The translations under genes were made by a program, and so were the position numbers. A stretch of DNA of 64,000 nucleotides, from assembly GCA_963758525.1 (NCBI GenBank), contig CAVWVQ010000003.1, positions 736,001 through 800,000 of the forward strand. Reading direction: 5' to 3'. Under the pieces are notes generated by a model. The model worked only from the letters and a program-made list of their open reading frames with translations, had not been told where the DNA came from and ran no database searches. This DNA is from an uncultured Phycisphaerales bacterium. Its GTDB lineage: Bacteria > Planctomycetota > Phycisphaerae > Tepidisphaerales > Tepidisphaeraceae. Positions within the stretch are counted from its first letter, which is position 1; the number at the start of each line of letters is the position of its first letter. Shown here one piece after another: positions 10,360 to 20,178 of the stretch.

Positions 10360-11701
10360 TCAATTTCTATGACTTCGCGTACGCAACCGGACTGATGCTA
10401 TCGTCGCCCTATTGGATGATCGTGCCCAAGGCGCACCGCAAAGTGCTCGGTGCCCTGCGGACACGCATGGGGGATTCTGAAGGCACGGCGCAAACTTCAG
10501 AACCGCCCTGCGCCTCGATCATGATTCACGCGGTCAGCGTCGGAGAGCTGAACGCCACCCCCGCGCTGATCGGCGCGCTGGGTGCCGCGCGGCCCCAACT
10601 GCATTTTGTCATCAGTACAACAACCCACACCGGCGCCCAGCGCGGCGAGGAGCTCTTCGCCCACGACCCGCGCGTGACGCTCATCCGCTTCCCCCTGGAT
10701 TTCAGCTCGGCTGTGCGGCGCGTGCTGAACACGCATCGTCCTTCGGTGGTGGTGTTGATGGAACTGGAAGTCTGGCCTAACTTCATCGCTCAGTGCCGGC
10801 AGCGTGACATCCCCGTGCTGGTCATCAACGGCCGACTCACCACCAGCAGCTTTCGCGGCTACCGGCGGCTCCGCCTGCTCACGCGCGGCATGTTTCAATC
10901 GCTCGCGCACGTCTCGCGCAGGACCAGACCTACGCAAAACGTTTCATCGAAGTCGGCACGCCGCCCGATCGTGTCTCGGTCACCGGAACGATGAAGTTCG
11001 ACACGGCGCAGACAGCCCAGCGCGTCGAAGGAGATGAAGCGTTGGCCCTGGCGGTGGGACTTTCGCCAGGCAGGGAGCTGATCTGGGTCTGCGGGTCCAC
11101 CGGTCCCGGCGAGGAGGAGATCGTGCTCGAAGCCTATCGCGCTCTGCGCACCATGCATCCAGGCTTGCGCCTTGCGATCATCCCGCGCAAGCCGGAGCGA
11201 TTTGACCAGGTCGCGGCGCTGATCGCTGCCGCCGGCTTTCCGCTCGTTCGCCGCTCCCAGCCCGCGGCGGCAGCATCAGCGGACGCCGTGGTTCTCGGAG
11301 ACACCATGGGCGAACTGCGGAAGTTTTACAGCTTCGCGGATGTGGTGTTCGTCGGACGATCGCTCGTCGACCTGGGCCCGCGCCAGCACGGCAGCGATAT
11401 GATCGAGCCGGCGGCGCTGGGAAAGCCGGTGGTCGTGGGGCCGTTCACGCACAATTTCGCGGACGCGATGCATCAGTTTCGTGCGGGCGATGCGATGGTG
11501 GTCATTGAGGATCCCTCATCTCTGACTCGGGCGATCGCCGCGCTGCTCGAAAACGCCTCCCGACGATTCGAAATCGGCCACCGCGCCCGCGAAGTAGTCC
11601 ATCGCAACCAAGGCGCCACCGCACGGCACCTTGAGATCATTCTGCAACAACTCGATCGGCCGCGCCCGCGAGCCGCTCAATTCCTGACCCCTGAACACTG
11701 A
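10356..11701 (+). CDS. waaA: Kdo transferase (frameshift near 10915)
   Basis: IHAVSVGE, ELEVWPNF, INGRLT, TGTMKFD, DTMGELRKFY, FVGRSL, IEPAALGKPVVVGP; GTG start overlaps the nadD stop. Confidence 0.92.
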
Positions 11702-11736
11702 CACCCTGAACACTGACACCCTGAACCCTGACACCC
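11683..11736. repeat. CCCTGAA/CACTGACA short tandem repeats
   Basis: cctgacccctgaacactgacaccctgaacactgacaccctgaaccctgacaccc spanning the waaA stop; same family as 6589-6713. Confidence 0.8.
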
Positions 11737-11828
11737 CTCTCGTCAGCATGCAGTGCGTGAGACGCTGCAGGCTTCGTCTGGCGTCACCCCCTTGCGTTCC
11801 GAGGTTCCGCGAACCCCGCGAAGAGGGA

Positions 11829-11915
11829 ACACGAATCTGCACGAATGGGGCACGAATCCGCACGAATAAACGCGGAGAAAAATCGTCTTCGTGAAGATTC
11901 GTGCCAATTCGTGTT
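11829..11915. repeat. CACGAAT tandem repeats with inverted ATTCGTG arm
   Basis: Four cacgaat units at 10-11 nt spacing followed by ttcgtg/attcgtg units. Confidence 0.75.
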
Positions 11916-12048
11916 CTGCATTTCTCGGTCACTCCGGACCGCGCGGGATTGCGGGCAACGGCAAGTCGTGCGGTATACGAGCGAAAGCATCAGCAGTGGC
12001 GCATAATAGGCTTACGGTCGCGCACGACACACCACAACGGAGCTCACG

Positions 12049-12843
12049 ATGGTTATCAAGGACTCTGAATTTGTCGAACTCACCACGCCCTACGGCCCCA
12101 TGCGAACCCACGTCTTTCGCCCCGCCGCTCCCGGAAAGTATCCGGGCGTCGTGCTCTTCTCTGAAATCTTCCAGGTCACCGGCCCCATCCGCCGAACCGC
12201 GGCGATGTTTGCCGGGCATGGCTTTGTGGTCGCGGCCCCGGAAGTTTTTCATGAGCTGGAAGCCGCGCCCGGCTGCGTGCTCGCCTACGACCAGACCGGC
12301 GCCGACCGCGGCAACGCGCACAAGACCGCCAAGGAACTCGCCAGCTACGATGCCGATGCCCGCGCGGTGCTCGACTATCTCAAGAGCCATCCCGCCTGCA
12401 CCGGAAAGCTCGGCTCGGTCGGAATCTGCATCGGCGGCCATCTCTCCTTCCGCTGCGCAATGAACCCCGACGTCTCGGCCGCAGTCTGCTTCTACCCCAC
12501 CGACATCCACAAGCGCGGTCTCGGCAAAGGCATGCACGACGATTCCCTCGATCGCATCAAGGAAATCAAAGGCGAGCTCCTGATGATCTTCGGCCGCCAA
12601 GACCCGCATGTCCCCCGCGAAGGCCGGGCAATCATCTATAACGCGCTCGCCGACGCCGGCTCCAACTTCACCTGGCACGAATTCAACGGCCAACACGCCT
12701 TCCTCCGCGACGAAGGCCCGCGCTACGATCCCGCGCTGGCGATGACCTGCTATTCGATGGCAATCCAGTTGCTCCACCGCAAGCTTGGCGAAGGGGATTT
12801 GCCGGTTGTCGCGGAACCCGGAAAAGCCGAGTCGCGGCATTGA
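12049..12843 (+). CDS. Dienelactone hydrolase family protein
   Basis: SEIFQVT, nucleophile motif GICIGGH, GRQDPHVP and QHAFLRDEG. Confidence 0.92.
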   Translation: MVIKDSEFVELTTPYGPMRTHVFRPAAPGKYPGVVLFSEIFQVTGPIRRTAAMFAGHGFVVAAPEVFHELEAAPGCVLAYDQTGADRGNAHKTAKELASYDADARAVLDYLKSHPACTGKLGSVGICIGGHLSFRCAMNPDVSAAVCFYPTDIHKRGLGKGMHDDSLDRIKEIKGELLMIFGRQDPHVPREGRAIIYNALADAGSNFTWHEFNGQHAFLRDEGPRYDPALAMTCYSMAIQLLHRKLGEGDLPVVAEPGKAESRH

Positions 12844-12922
12844 AGCGAACCTCTCTTCGACGTCCCACGTGGCAGCGCGAAGCGATTTCAGAACGAGCGG
12901 ACGCTCTGTCAATCAAAACTGT

Positions 12923-15900
12923 TCACTTGCCGTTCCCTTTGTGATCGTTGAGCAGCTCGCGGAGAAGTTTGTTCTGGGCCTCCAGATCCTGATTCTTCCG
13001 CTCCAAGTCGGCTATCTGCCGCTGCAGCGCCTGAACCTGGTCATTGGAAACCGCTCCGGTTCGAGCGGCCATCGCACGCTGCTGCTCTTCCTGGAGACGG
13101 ATGATCCGTTGCCGTTCTGCATCCGCAGTTGCATCGCGTGCAGCGATCGCCGCAGTCACGCTGTCGCGCGGGACGACCAGGAATGCCGCAACCTCCAAAG
13201 CCGCCGCCTGCTGCTCGCCATCCCTCACCGCAACGCCGATCGGAACCGCCACCGGTATCCCATCGACATCCCTCCCAATCAGTTTCGCCAGTCGCGCCGA
13301 CTGCGCCCTGGCGTATGTCTCCACCGCATCGCGCGCCGATGGCGATGCAGACGGGCCGGTGGTCGCAAAGCCCATCTGCCGTTGCGGCGACTGGTTGAGG
13401 ATGGCCTGAATCGCCTGGTCGCGGAGCGAAGCGCCCGAAATAGTGACGGATCCTTTGTTGCCATCGATCGTGATTCCAGGACATTCCGCCGCCAATGCAT
13501 ATTGCAGCGGCGCGACACCTCCGTGCGCGGCGAAAGCGATCGTGGCCGACTCCGTGATTTTGACAACGGGAATCTCCTGCGGCGGCAACAGTTGCAGCGG
13601 TGCGGGAAACTTTGTCGCGGCGGTGTCACGCGTGGCAACCGCGTACATCCGCTCGTGCACCACCGCCACAATCTTTCCCGCAACGGCATAGATACTCCCG
13701 GCGGGGCCCCGGCTCGAGTAGCCTCGCTCGCCTTGCGCCCGCGGCTCATCTGAAAGCACGATCGGGTCCCCCGCGGTCGCACTCACCACGTCGAACAGTT
13801 TGATCTCCCACTTCTCGCGATTCGTATCTGATTGTTGCTGATTCTCATTCGCTCGCTCGAGCGTGGCGACGGCCGGATAGTCTGGCAGGATGACCGAACT
13901 CTGGCCGGTCAACGTCCCCACCATCTGTCCGCTAAGCCGCACGAGTTGCGTCCCGTTCAGCATGATGTTCCAGTCCGAAATCGGCGCGCGGCCGGAAGGG
14001 TCAAAACCCCGTCCGGGCGATCCGGCGCCGGGAATGGACGCGAATCCATCCGCACGCAGGACCTGCGTCACATGACTCATCTCGCTGTCATACAGCGCTC
14101 CCTGGTAGTACCACCCATTTCCAATGTGGACGGGAAGGGGCTGCTGGCTTCCAAAATATGGCTGATTTGAAACCTCCACCGGCGCGTCGGGGGCCAGGGC
14201 TTTGGCCGAGTAGGAACTCACCGGACCTCCTTGAGTCGATGCGTAGACGCTGCTTCCCGCGACAGCCAGCGCCAAGACGCGTCCGCGCGTAAAGACACGC
14301 TTTACGTCGCTCAGATCGTGCGTCGAGAGCATGAAGATTGCATCGGAATCCTGCGCCGCCGTGTAGACACCGTACGGGCCCAGCGCGACGGACCGCACAT
14401 TGACCGGCAACGACCGAGTGGCGACCACTTTCATCTGCTCAAGGTCAATCAGTGCCAGGCGCGTCCCGGGCACCGGCTGTCCATTCATGTTTTCCGGAGC
14501 GGCAATCGGCGCCAGAATGACGGCGGATTTGCCATCCGCACAAACCGCTGTCTCGCTCATGTCGAACGGCAGCGGCACCGATTCCCGGCAAACGTTCAGG
14601 TCTATCTCCTGCGTCCGCGTGAGCTCCGCGGCAGACACATTCACCTTGACACTGACGGGGCCGATCGCCTCCGGCGGCGGCGTCCACGCCAGGCGATTAT
14701 TCTCAAGCCGCATGCCCGGAGGCGCATCATGCAACGAGAGTTTGGCTCCGGAGCCTGCGGTGGTCAGTTGCAGAGCGGCTGGTCTTCCCGCGATCAGCGT
14801 CGTATCGCCGGCAACCGAGAAAAACAGTGAGGGTTCGGATCCGATCTTCAAGGCCGCCAGGGGAATGATCGCCGTGTGCCCGGCGCGATACGCCAGAATC
14901 ACCGAGTGTTTCTGGTCGTAGGCAAGCAGGTATTGGCCGGCCATCCCGGCGGCGCCTGATCTTCGCGAACGGGCCGACCGCGGCGGCAAAGCCGCCCGCG
15001 GCGCCCGCGCGGAACCCGCGCCCGCGGTCAACGGAACGCTCCCCAGCTCGCGCATGGTGTTGGTGGACACCGCCGTCAGTTGATCCCCATCCACCGTCAG
15101 GAGCACCGGGTGGTCGGGCAGAAAGAATGCCGGCGCACCCGACAGCTCGGCGATCGATCGGGAAAAATCCGGCGACAGCAATGCCCGGCCTCGGGACACA
15201 AGCTGATTGGCCGGGTCGGTGACAAACAGCGGCGTGCTCTCATGCTGGTAGAGCAGTTGTCGCGCCTGCAGCGGTTGGCCTGCGACGCTCGCCTCCATGC
15301 GAAATACAAACACGCCCGATGGACTGGTATGCAGCCGCCGGCCGTAGATCATCGTGCCGTCAGCCGAAACCGCGATGTCATCGGCATCGCTCCCTCGAAT
15401 GGTGATCGGCCCCTCGTCCTTCAGTGCGGCAGCATCGATTCTCCCAATCGTCGGACCAGACCGTCCGGCCGACTCCATCACGTAATAGCACCACGGTACC
15501 GTCGGATCAGCCGCTGCCGCCAGGCAGGTCAACGCCGATGGCATCTGCAGCTTCGTGCGCACCTTCAACGAGTCATCATCCAGAACATAGATGCTCTGGT
15601 CGCCAGCGCATGCGACAATGAAAACGCCGCTCGCGCCCAGTTGCTTATGAACGAGTGCGACCGGACTGTTGCCTATCGTCTGCTGAACCGTCGCCGTTGC
15701 GTCCCCCTCTGCAAGCTTTGCGTAGCCGCTCACCTGGCTGGAACCCGGGTCGATGGCTGCCACCATCCCCGTGCCCGGCGATGCCGCCAGCGCCGATAGC
15801 GTCGGCGAAAGATCCACGGCGCCAATTTCAGGCGCGTCGGCGGCGAATGCGCAGACGCCCAGCGTTGCGATCAGCAATAAACCAAATCCTGCACGAGATA

Positions 15901-15931
15901 TCCGGTCCATCGTATTGCTTCTCCGATTCAA
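12923..15931 (-). CDS. Large secreted beta-propeller/Ig-like protein with C-terminal coiled coil
   Basis: Signal peptide (GFGLLLIATLGVCAFA), YVTN-like propeller segments, Ig/cadherin-like stretches (PPGMRLENNRLAWTP; GGVAPLQYAL...GITID), coiled-coil tail. Confidence 0.75.
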   Translation of the reverse strand: MNRRSNTMDRISRAGFGLLLIATLGVCAFAADAPEIGAVDLSPTLSALAASPGTGMVAAIDPGSSQVSGYAKLAEGDATATVQQTIGNSPVALVHKQLGASGVFIVACAGDQSIYVLDDDSLKVRTKLQMPSALTCLAAAADPTVPWCYYVMESAGRSGPTIGRIDAAALKDEGPITIRGSDADDIAVSADGTMIYGRRLHTSPSGVFVFRMEASVAGQPLQARQLLYQHESTPLFVTDPANQLVSRGRALLSPDFSRSIAELSGAPAFFLPDHPVLLTVDGDQLTAVSTNTMRELGSVPLTAGAGSARAPRAALPPRSARSRRSGAAGMAGQYLLAYDQKHSVILAYRAGHTAIIPLAALKIGSEPSLFFSVAGDTTLIAGRPAALQLTTAGSGAKLSLHDAPPGMRLENNRLAWTPPPEAIGPVSVKVNVSAAELTRTQEIDLNVCRESVPLPFDMSETAVCADGKSAVILAPIAAPENMNGQPVPGTRLALIDLEQMKVVATRSLPVNVRSVALGPYGVYTAAQDSDAIFMLSTHDLSDVKRVFTRGRVLALAVAGSSVYASTQGGPVSSYSAKALAPDAPVEVSNQPYFGSQQPLPVHIGNGWYYQGALYDSEMSHVTQVLRADGFASIPGAGSPGRGFDPSGRAPISDWNIMLNGTQLVRLSGQMVGTLTGQSSVILPDYPAVATLERANENQQQSDTNREKWEIKLFDVVSATAGDPIVLSDEPRAQGERGYSSRGPAGSIYAVAGKIVAVVHERMYAVATRDTAATKFPAPLQLLPPQEIPVVKITESATIAFAAHGGVAPLQYALAAECPGITIDGNKGSVTISGASLRDQAIQAILNQSPQRQMGFATTGPSASPSARDAVETYARAQSARLAKLIGRDVDGIPVAVPIGVAVRDGEQQAAALEVAAFLVVPRDSVTAAIAARDATADAERQRIIRLQEEQQRAMAARTGAVSNDQVQALQRQIADLERKNQDLEAQNKLLRELLNDHKGNGK

Positions 15932-16083
15932 GGGATTGCGACATACTACTCTCGTCGCCGACGTGTCAAGCTCAGCAAGCGCCTACGGTACTGCGTCCCC
16001 CACGGCGACGCGTCTCCAGTCATATTAGTAGCGGCCCCCACGGAGATGACCGGCCCAAATCCTCCCGAATTCGAGCGCCAGCC

Positions 16084-16146
16084 CCCCGTAGCACGGCCGT
16101 CCCGGCTGTGATCTGAGGCCACAGCCGAGACGGCTGTGGTACGGGG
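16084..16146. repeat. GTAG-type REP doublet
   Basis: ccccgtagcacggccgtcccggctgtg ... cacagccgagacggctgtggtacgggg. Confidence 0.75.
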
Positions 16147-16224
16147 ATGCTTGATCAGGTCATCCTGCGCGGCCGCTCAAGAACCGCCGGCGTGACACAA
16201 CAATTATGGCGCTTCTCGCTTTTA

Positions 16225-16274
16225 CCCCCTCTCCCGGTACACCGGGAGAGGGCCGGGGTGAGGGTGATTTTGGA
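16225..16274. repeat. REP-like palindrome (CCCCTCTCCC...GGGAGAGGG...GGGTGAGGG family)
   Basis: 44 of 49 nt identical to the copy inside cheA starting at 43107. Confidence 0.8.
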
Positions 16275-16370
16275 GCGTCGGACACCGTCCGCGCTCGAAA
16301 CCTCCCCTTCCGGGATTCTTCATGACACCCCGTAGCCCGCGGAGAATGAATGCGTGCATCGACGCCGCGA

Positions 16371-16780
16371 TCAAGTCTTCCTGCGATGCTGTACTGATGC
16401 CCGCACCAATTTCTTCAACGTCGGCAAATCGACGTCCGAGAGCCGTTTGATGTAAAGGCAGCACTTGCCGGTGGAATATCGACCCAGCTTCGCCAGCAAT
16501 TGATCGTATTGTTTGAAACCGTCCATGATGTAGAGCGTGATATTCTGTTTGCGAGGGGCAAACGCGATCAAGGGCCAGTTGGATTCTCTGCCATCGGCAT
16601 AGAAAGTTCTGTGCTCGCCGAAACCAACGATACCCGCGCCCCACATCCGGGGCTGCACTTGCTGGCCGCCTTCATGATGTCGACGATCGTCGCGCAATCC
16701 GCACGAACTTGCGCACTTGCAATTGCTTCCAGAAAGTCCGCTACCGAGGCGTCGGTTACCTTGGTTTTAGGTTCAGACAT
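16371..16780 (-). CDS. DUF1801 domain protein (frameshift near 16650)
   Basis: KTKVTDASVADFL...MWGAGIVGFG...FAPRKQNITLYIM...LGRYSTGKCCLYIKRLSDVD. Confidence 0.88.
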
Positions 16781-16840
16781 GCAACGCCCGCAGGCTGTTC
16801 GGAGAGCCGGCGTCTATGATCGCTCTGTCCGAACGTTGAA

Positions 16841-17478
16841 TCACCACGGCTTCACCCCCATCAATCGTTGTTCCTTGCCGATGTCCATCATGAACTGGGT
16901 GAGTTGCGCCTGGGCGTGCGGCGGCTGGCGCGTGATGAAATCAGCCAGGCTTCTTTTAAACGCGTCGGCGGAGGGTATGCCGAATTTCTTCGCCGCGCCG
17001 CCGCCACCGCCGCCCGCCTTTTGCATCATGACCAGGCCGAACAGATATGTGGTGCGCCGCGTGGCGTTCTGTTCATAGAACTTGGTGAGAAACAGTTGCA
17101 TGAACGCGCTGCCGATCTGGTCGCGTTCGTCCCTGTCCAGCTTGTTGACATTGTCGGCCGCCGCCTTGCGCGGGGTCTTTCTGCATGCTGGTCGCAACGA
17201 GATCGGCAAACGATCTGTCCTTCAGCTTTGCGACGATTCCCAGGGCAAAGCGCGTCCGGTCGCGATGGGTCATGCGGTTAAAGTCATTGCTGCCCATGAA
17301 CGCCGTGCAATCTGCGAGCGGCGCCTCTGCAAGATTCGGCGCCTTGGGATAATGAATCAACCACCACGCGAGCCACGCTCCCGCGAACAGGACGACCACC
17401 AGCAACACACGGCGAGTGACGATGAAAAGCGTTGATCGCCCGGCGCTGCGAAACGGTTGGCGAGCTGTACCGGGTCAC
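16841..17478 (-). CDS. Hypothetical membrane-anchored protein coupled to the prepilin gene (frameshifts near 17170 and near the start)
   Basis: GTG overlaps the upstream TGA; TM segment LLVVVLFAGAWLAWWL; ORFs 17073..17408 and 16841..17209 join. Confidence 0.55.
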
Positions 17479-18010
17479 GGCGCCCCCGCCGGCTTCACGA
17501 AGTGATCTTCCACGTGCCCGTCGATGAACAGCCAGTTGAAGTCGGCGGCAGTGCCGTGAAAGTTGCCGGCATCCCACAGCGCCGGGATCTGGCTGGGATT
17601 GCCGAAGATCTGCCAGAAGAACGTCTGGGCCAGCGGAAGCTCCCCCAGTTCACTGTAGTAGAAGTAGCTCACCCCTTCGACAGGAAACACGACCTCGTCG
17701 GCGGGGCACCGAAATGCCTCATTGGAATTGCTCACGTATGGTCCCAGGCAGACCGGAATGGTTGGATAGCCGTTTGGATTGACCGAGGGCAGCGCGGCGC
17801 CTGCGGGTAATGCGTCTTATTTTGATTGAGGTACATCTGCACCGCGGCGCCGAGTTGTTCGAGCCGGGCCTTGCAGGCAACGCTGCGGGAAACGTTGCGT
17901 GCCCTGGCCAGCGTGGGCAGCAAAACAGAAATCAGCGCAGCGATGATGCCTATCACTACGAGCAGCTCGACCAGTGAAAACGCCACCCGGCGTCGAATGC
18001 GGTAATCCAT
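17475..18010 (-). CDS. Prepilin-type N-terminal cleavage/methylation protein, DUF1559/H-X9-DG-like (frameshift near 17795)
   Basis: AFSLVELLVVIGIIAALISVLLPTLARAR...C; FRCPAD; C-terminal FHGTAADFNWLFIDGHVE. Confidence 0.88.
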
Positions 18011-18108
18011 GCGTAGATGTCTGCCGTGGAACAGCGGTTCAACAACGTAATACGCTTGAAAATCGCGTTTGGTGACAAGAATGCTGGAAAATTGATGGGC
18101 GCGGCGCG

Positions 18109-18499
18109 TCACCGGTAGCGGATGACCACACGCCCGGACGGCTGCCGCCGCCGTTCTTCCCAAAAGACAGCCGCCTTTGTCTTCGGATCGACGAAAATCA
18201 GGAACACCGATCTATCCACGCGAAGGCATGCGGAGATGAGTGGCTTGCCGCAGTACCGCCGTAGCGCCTGCTGACGCAGAGTTACCCGTCGGCTCCAACG
18301 CTTTCCGCGCTCCTGGGTATAATCCGTCAGCCACCTCCAATCGCCTCGTGTCGAACGGTGGATGCCGCACTCCAGCACTACTGCATTGGATGACGCAGCC
18401 AGGGCCGGGACGCCCTTGGCCTGCCTGACAATCTTCATTCGACTGACTTGCGTGCGCATCCGCAGGATTCCGAGCGACAAAGAAGACTTTCACGGACAT
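18109..18499 (-). CDS. Possible hypothetical protein
   Basis: Protein-like ORF 18109..18480 (…LRVDRSVFLIFVDPKTKAAVFWEE); start uncertain, possibly frameshifted from ATG 18499. Confidence 0.3.
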
Positions 18500-18758
18500 C
18501 CGTGATTAAGGCACAGCGGGATCAGACGGCTCCCCCGCTTGCGAGCTGGGCTGCGTCTGCGGCCACTTGATCGTCATGGGACCCGGAATTGGCAATTCCG
18601 GCGCCTCGATCGGATTGATCACCGGCGGATGCGCGAGCGAGATCGACCACTGCGTCTGTGATCTCCGACGACGGCTGCACAAACTGAATCGTGTCGTTCT
18701 TTTCAAGAATGATCGCCAGCTTTCGCTCTCTCCTCCAACGCCCCTCACAGTTAGCCGC

Positions 18759-18865
18759 GGTTAGCCGCGACGCGCAGCGGAGCGCGTCTTCGCGAGATTG
18801 CGTGACTGGGGAAACTGCGCCGTCTCTCGTTCGAATACGCGCTCCGCTGCGCGTCGCGGCTAACC
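18759..18865. repeat. 107-bp REPIN-like element, copy 1
   Basis: ggttagccgcgacgcgcagcggagcgcgt ... acgcgctccgctgcgcgtcgcggctaacc; same length as, and right half identical to, 51389-51495. Confidence 0.85.
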
Positions 18866-18912
18866 TTTTGGCAACGCGCCAGCGCAGTGACCCGAGGTCG
18901 GCCTTGCGTTTG

Positions 18913-19461
18913 TCACTTGATCCAACGGAGCGATTCGACAACGCCATCGTACACGCTGCGCGCGCCGCTCAGTTGGCCCGCAGGGGACACAACGCGGAGA
19001 ATGAAAACGTGATCGCCGTGAACGATCAGCGTCGCGACCTCCGCGTCGGCCGTGTTTTTCTCAGTCCAGATCGAGTGCAGCCGCCTTGCTCTGGCTTTGG
19101 GGATGGCCGGCGAGGTTTCTTCATCTGTTTTGATCCCCGGGTGCGATTTTTTCAGATCGTCGATGTAGCCGTTCACGACCAGGCCAAGCGGAATCATGCC
19201 GGGAATGTGTGGCGGGAGATCGGGGATATCGAGCGTCAATGTTTCTGAACCACTGGTGAGCTCGAGCACGTAGTCAGGATCGTGCTGCACCTTCCAATCC
19301 GCCGGGTATTGAACGCGCACCAGCCCACCCGCATCCTGAAAGCTTTGCGTCGTGGGCGCGCTGGCAGGAGCAGTCGTCGGAGCCTTGGCCGAGCCGTCGA
19401 CCGTAGCGCAACCGATTAGGCAAAGCACGGCGAGCAAGGGTGCGGCGGGAAAATGCGACAT
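18913..19461 (-). CDS. Putative lipoprotein (PsbP/DcrB-like fold)
   Basis: Lipobox-like LAVLCLIGC, T/A/P linker, VRVQYPADWKV, C-terminal VYDGVVESLRWIK. Confidence 0.7.
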   Translation of the reverse strand: MSHFPAAPLLAVLCLIGCATVDGSAKAPTTAPASAPTTQSFQDAGGLVRVQYPADWKVQHDPDYVLELTSGSETLTLDIPDLPPHIPGMIPLGLVVNGYIDDLKKSHPGIKTDEETSPAIPKARARRLHSIWTEKNTADAEVATLIVHGDHVFILRVVSPAGQLSGARSVYDGVVESLRWIK

Positions 19462-19473
19462 CAAATCTGGCCT

Positions 19474-19533
19474 TTGTGGTGCAGGCTTCCAGCCTGCCAG
19501 CGCCGCGGACGCAGGCTGGAACCCTGCAAACAA
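19474..19533. repeat. REP doublet (GCAGGCTTCCAGCCTGC family)
   Basis: ttgtggtgcaggcttccagcctgc ... gcaggctggaaccctgcaaacaa. Confidence 0.75.
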
Positions 19534-20061
19534 TGCAACTCGCCGCAAGAACTGGCACATACGATTGCCCCCGTTCATTCAAGAGTGTACGAGAAGCGCG
19601 CGATTCCCGCAGCAGCTCTCCACCCGGGCATCTTCGGCAGCGACGGAACCGTGACGTGCCGCATCGAAATACTCCCAATGGTACGAACCACAGCGGTTGT
19701 GCGAATGAATCGCCTGCAGAATATTGCTGGGCGGCCGGTCCACGAACCTCCCGGCGGCGGAAACCGACTCAAACCGCTGTTTCATCTCCACGCACCAGGT
19801 GGCTCGTCGTTTCCCCATGGTGGCGCCGGCATTTCGAGGGGCACGCGAAAAGCGTTTCAGGTGCGCCGCGACGCGATCCGCGTGCTCCATCACGCGCTGT
19901 TGCCGCAGGGCGTGCCAACGCTGATGTTCCAACAACTGCTGTTCGTGCAGGCGGGGATATCGGTCATCCGGACCACCTGCAGAACAATGCACCCCTGACA
20001 CGCCCGAAAAAGCCAGCGAATCCGCGAAGTTGCGCATGACGATGACCCCGGTTAAGGCAAT

Positions 20062-20167
20062 TTTACCTAACATTTACCTAACACACTGGCTAGGGTAGCA
20101 CCAGAATTGTGCCATTCAACTCTTATTTTCCTCTTTTCGGTGTGGACAGGGGAAATCATGTTAGGTA
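20062..20167. promoter_or_regulatory. Three TACCTAACA boxes, candidate operators
   Basis: tttacctaaca twice in tandem (20062-20083) and inverted tgttaggta (20159-20167) in an AT-rich stretch upstream of the repressor. Confidence 0.5.
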
Positions 20168-20178
20168 TATGTATGGTC

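Noticed and set aside
10356..11701. waaA, cheA, cheR and others as true pseudogenes or programmed frameshifts
   Set aside because: The window-wide indel pattern, intact motifs and lack of slippery heptamers point to sequencing error.
19579..20073. Cro-like gene divergent from the repressor
   Set aside because: No HTH-like pattern and doubtful coding potential; not called as a feature.
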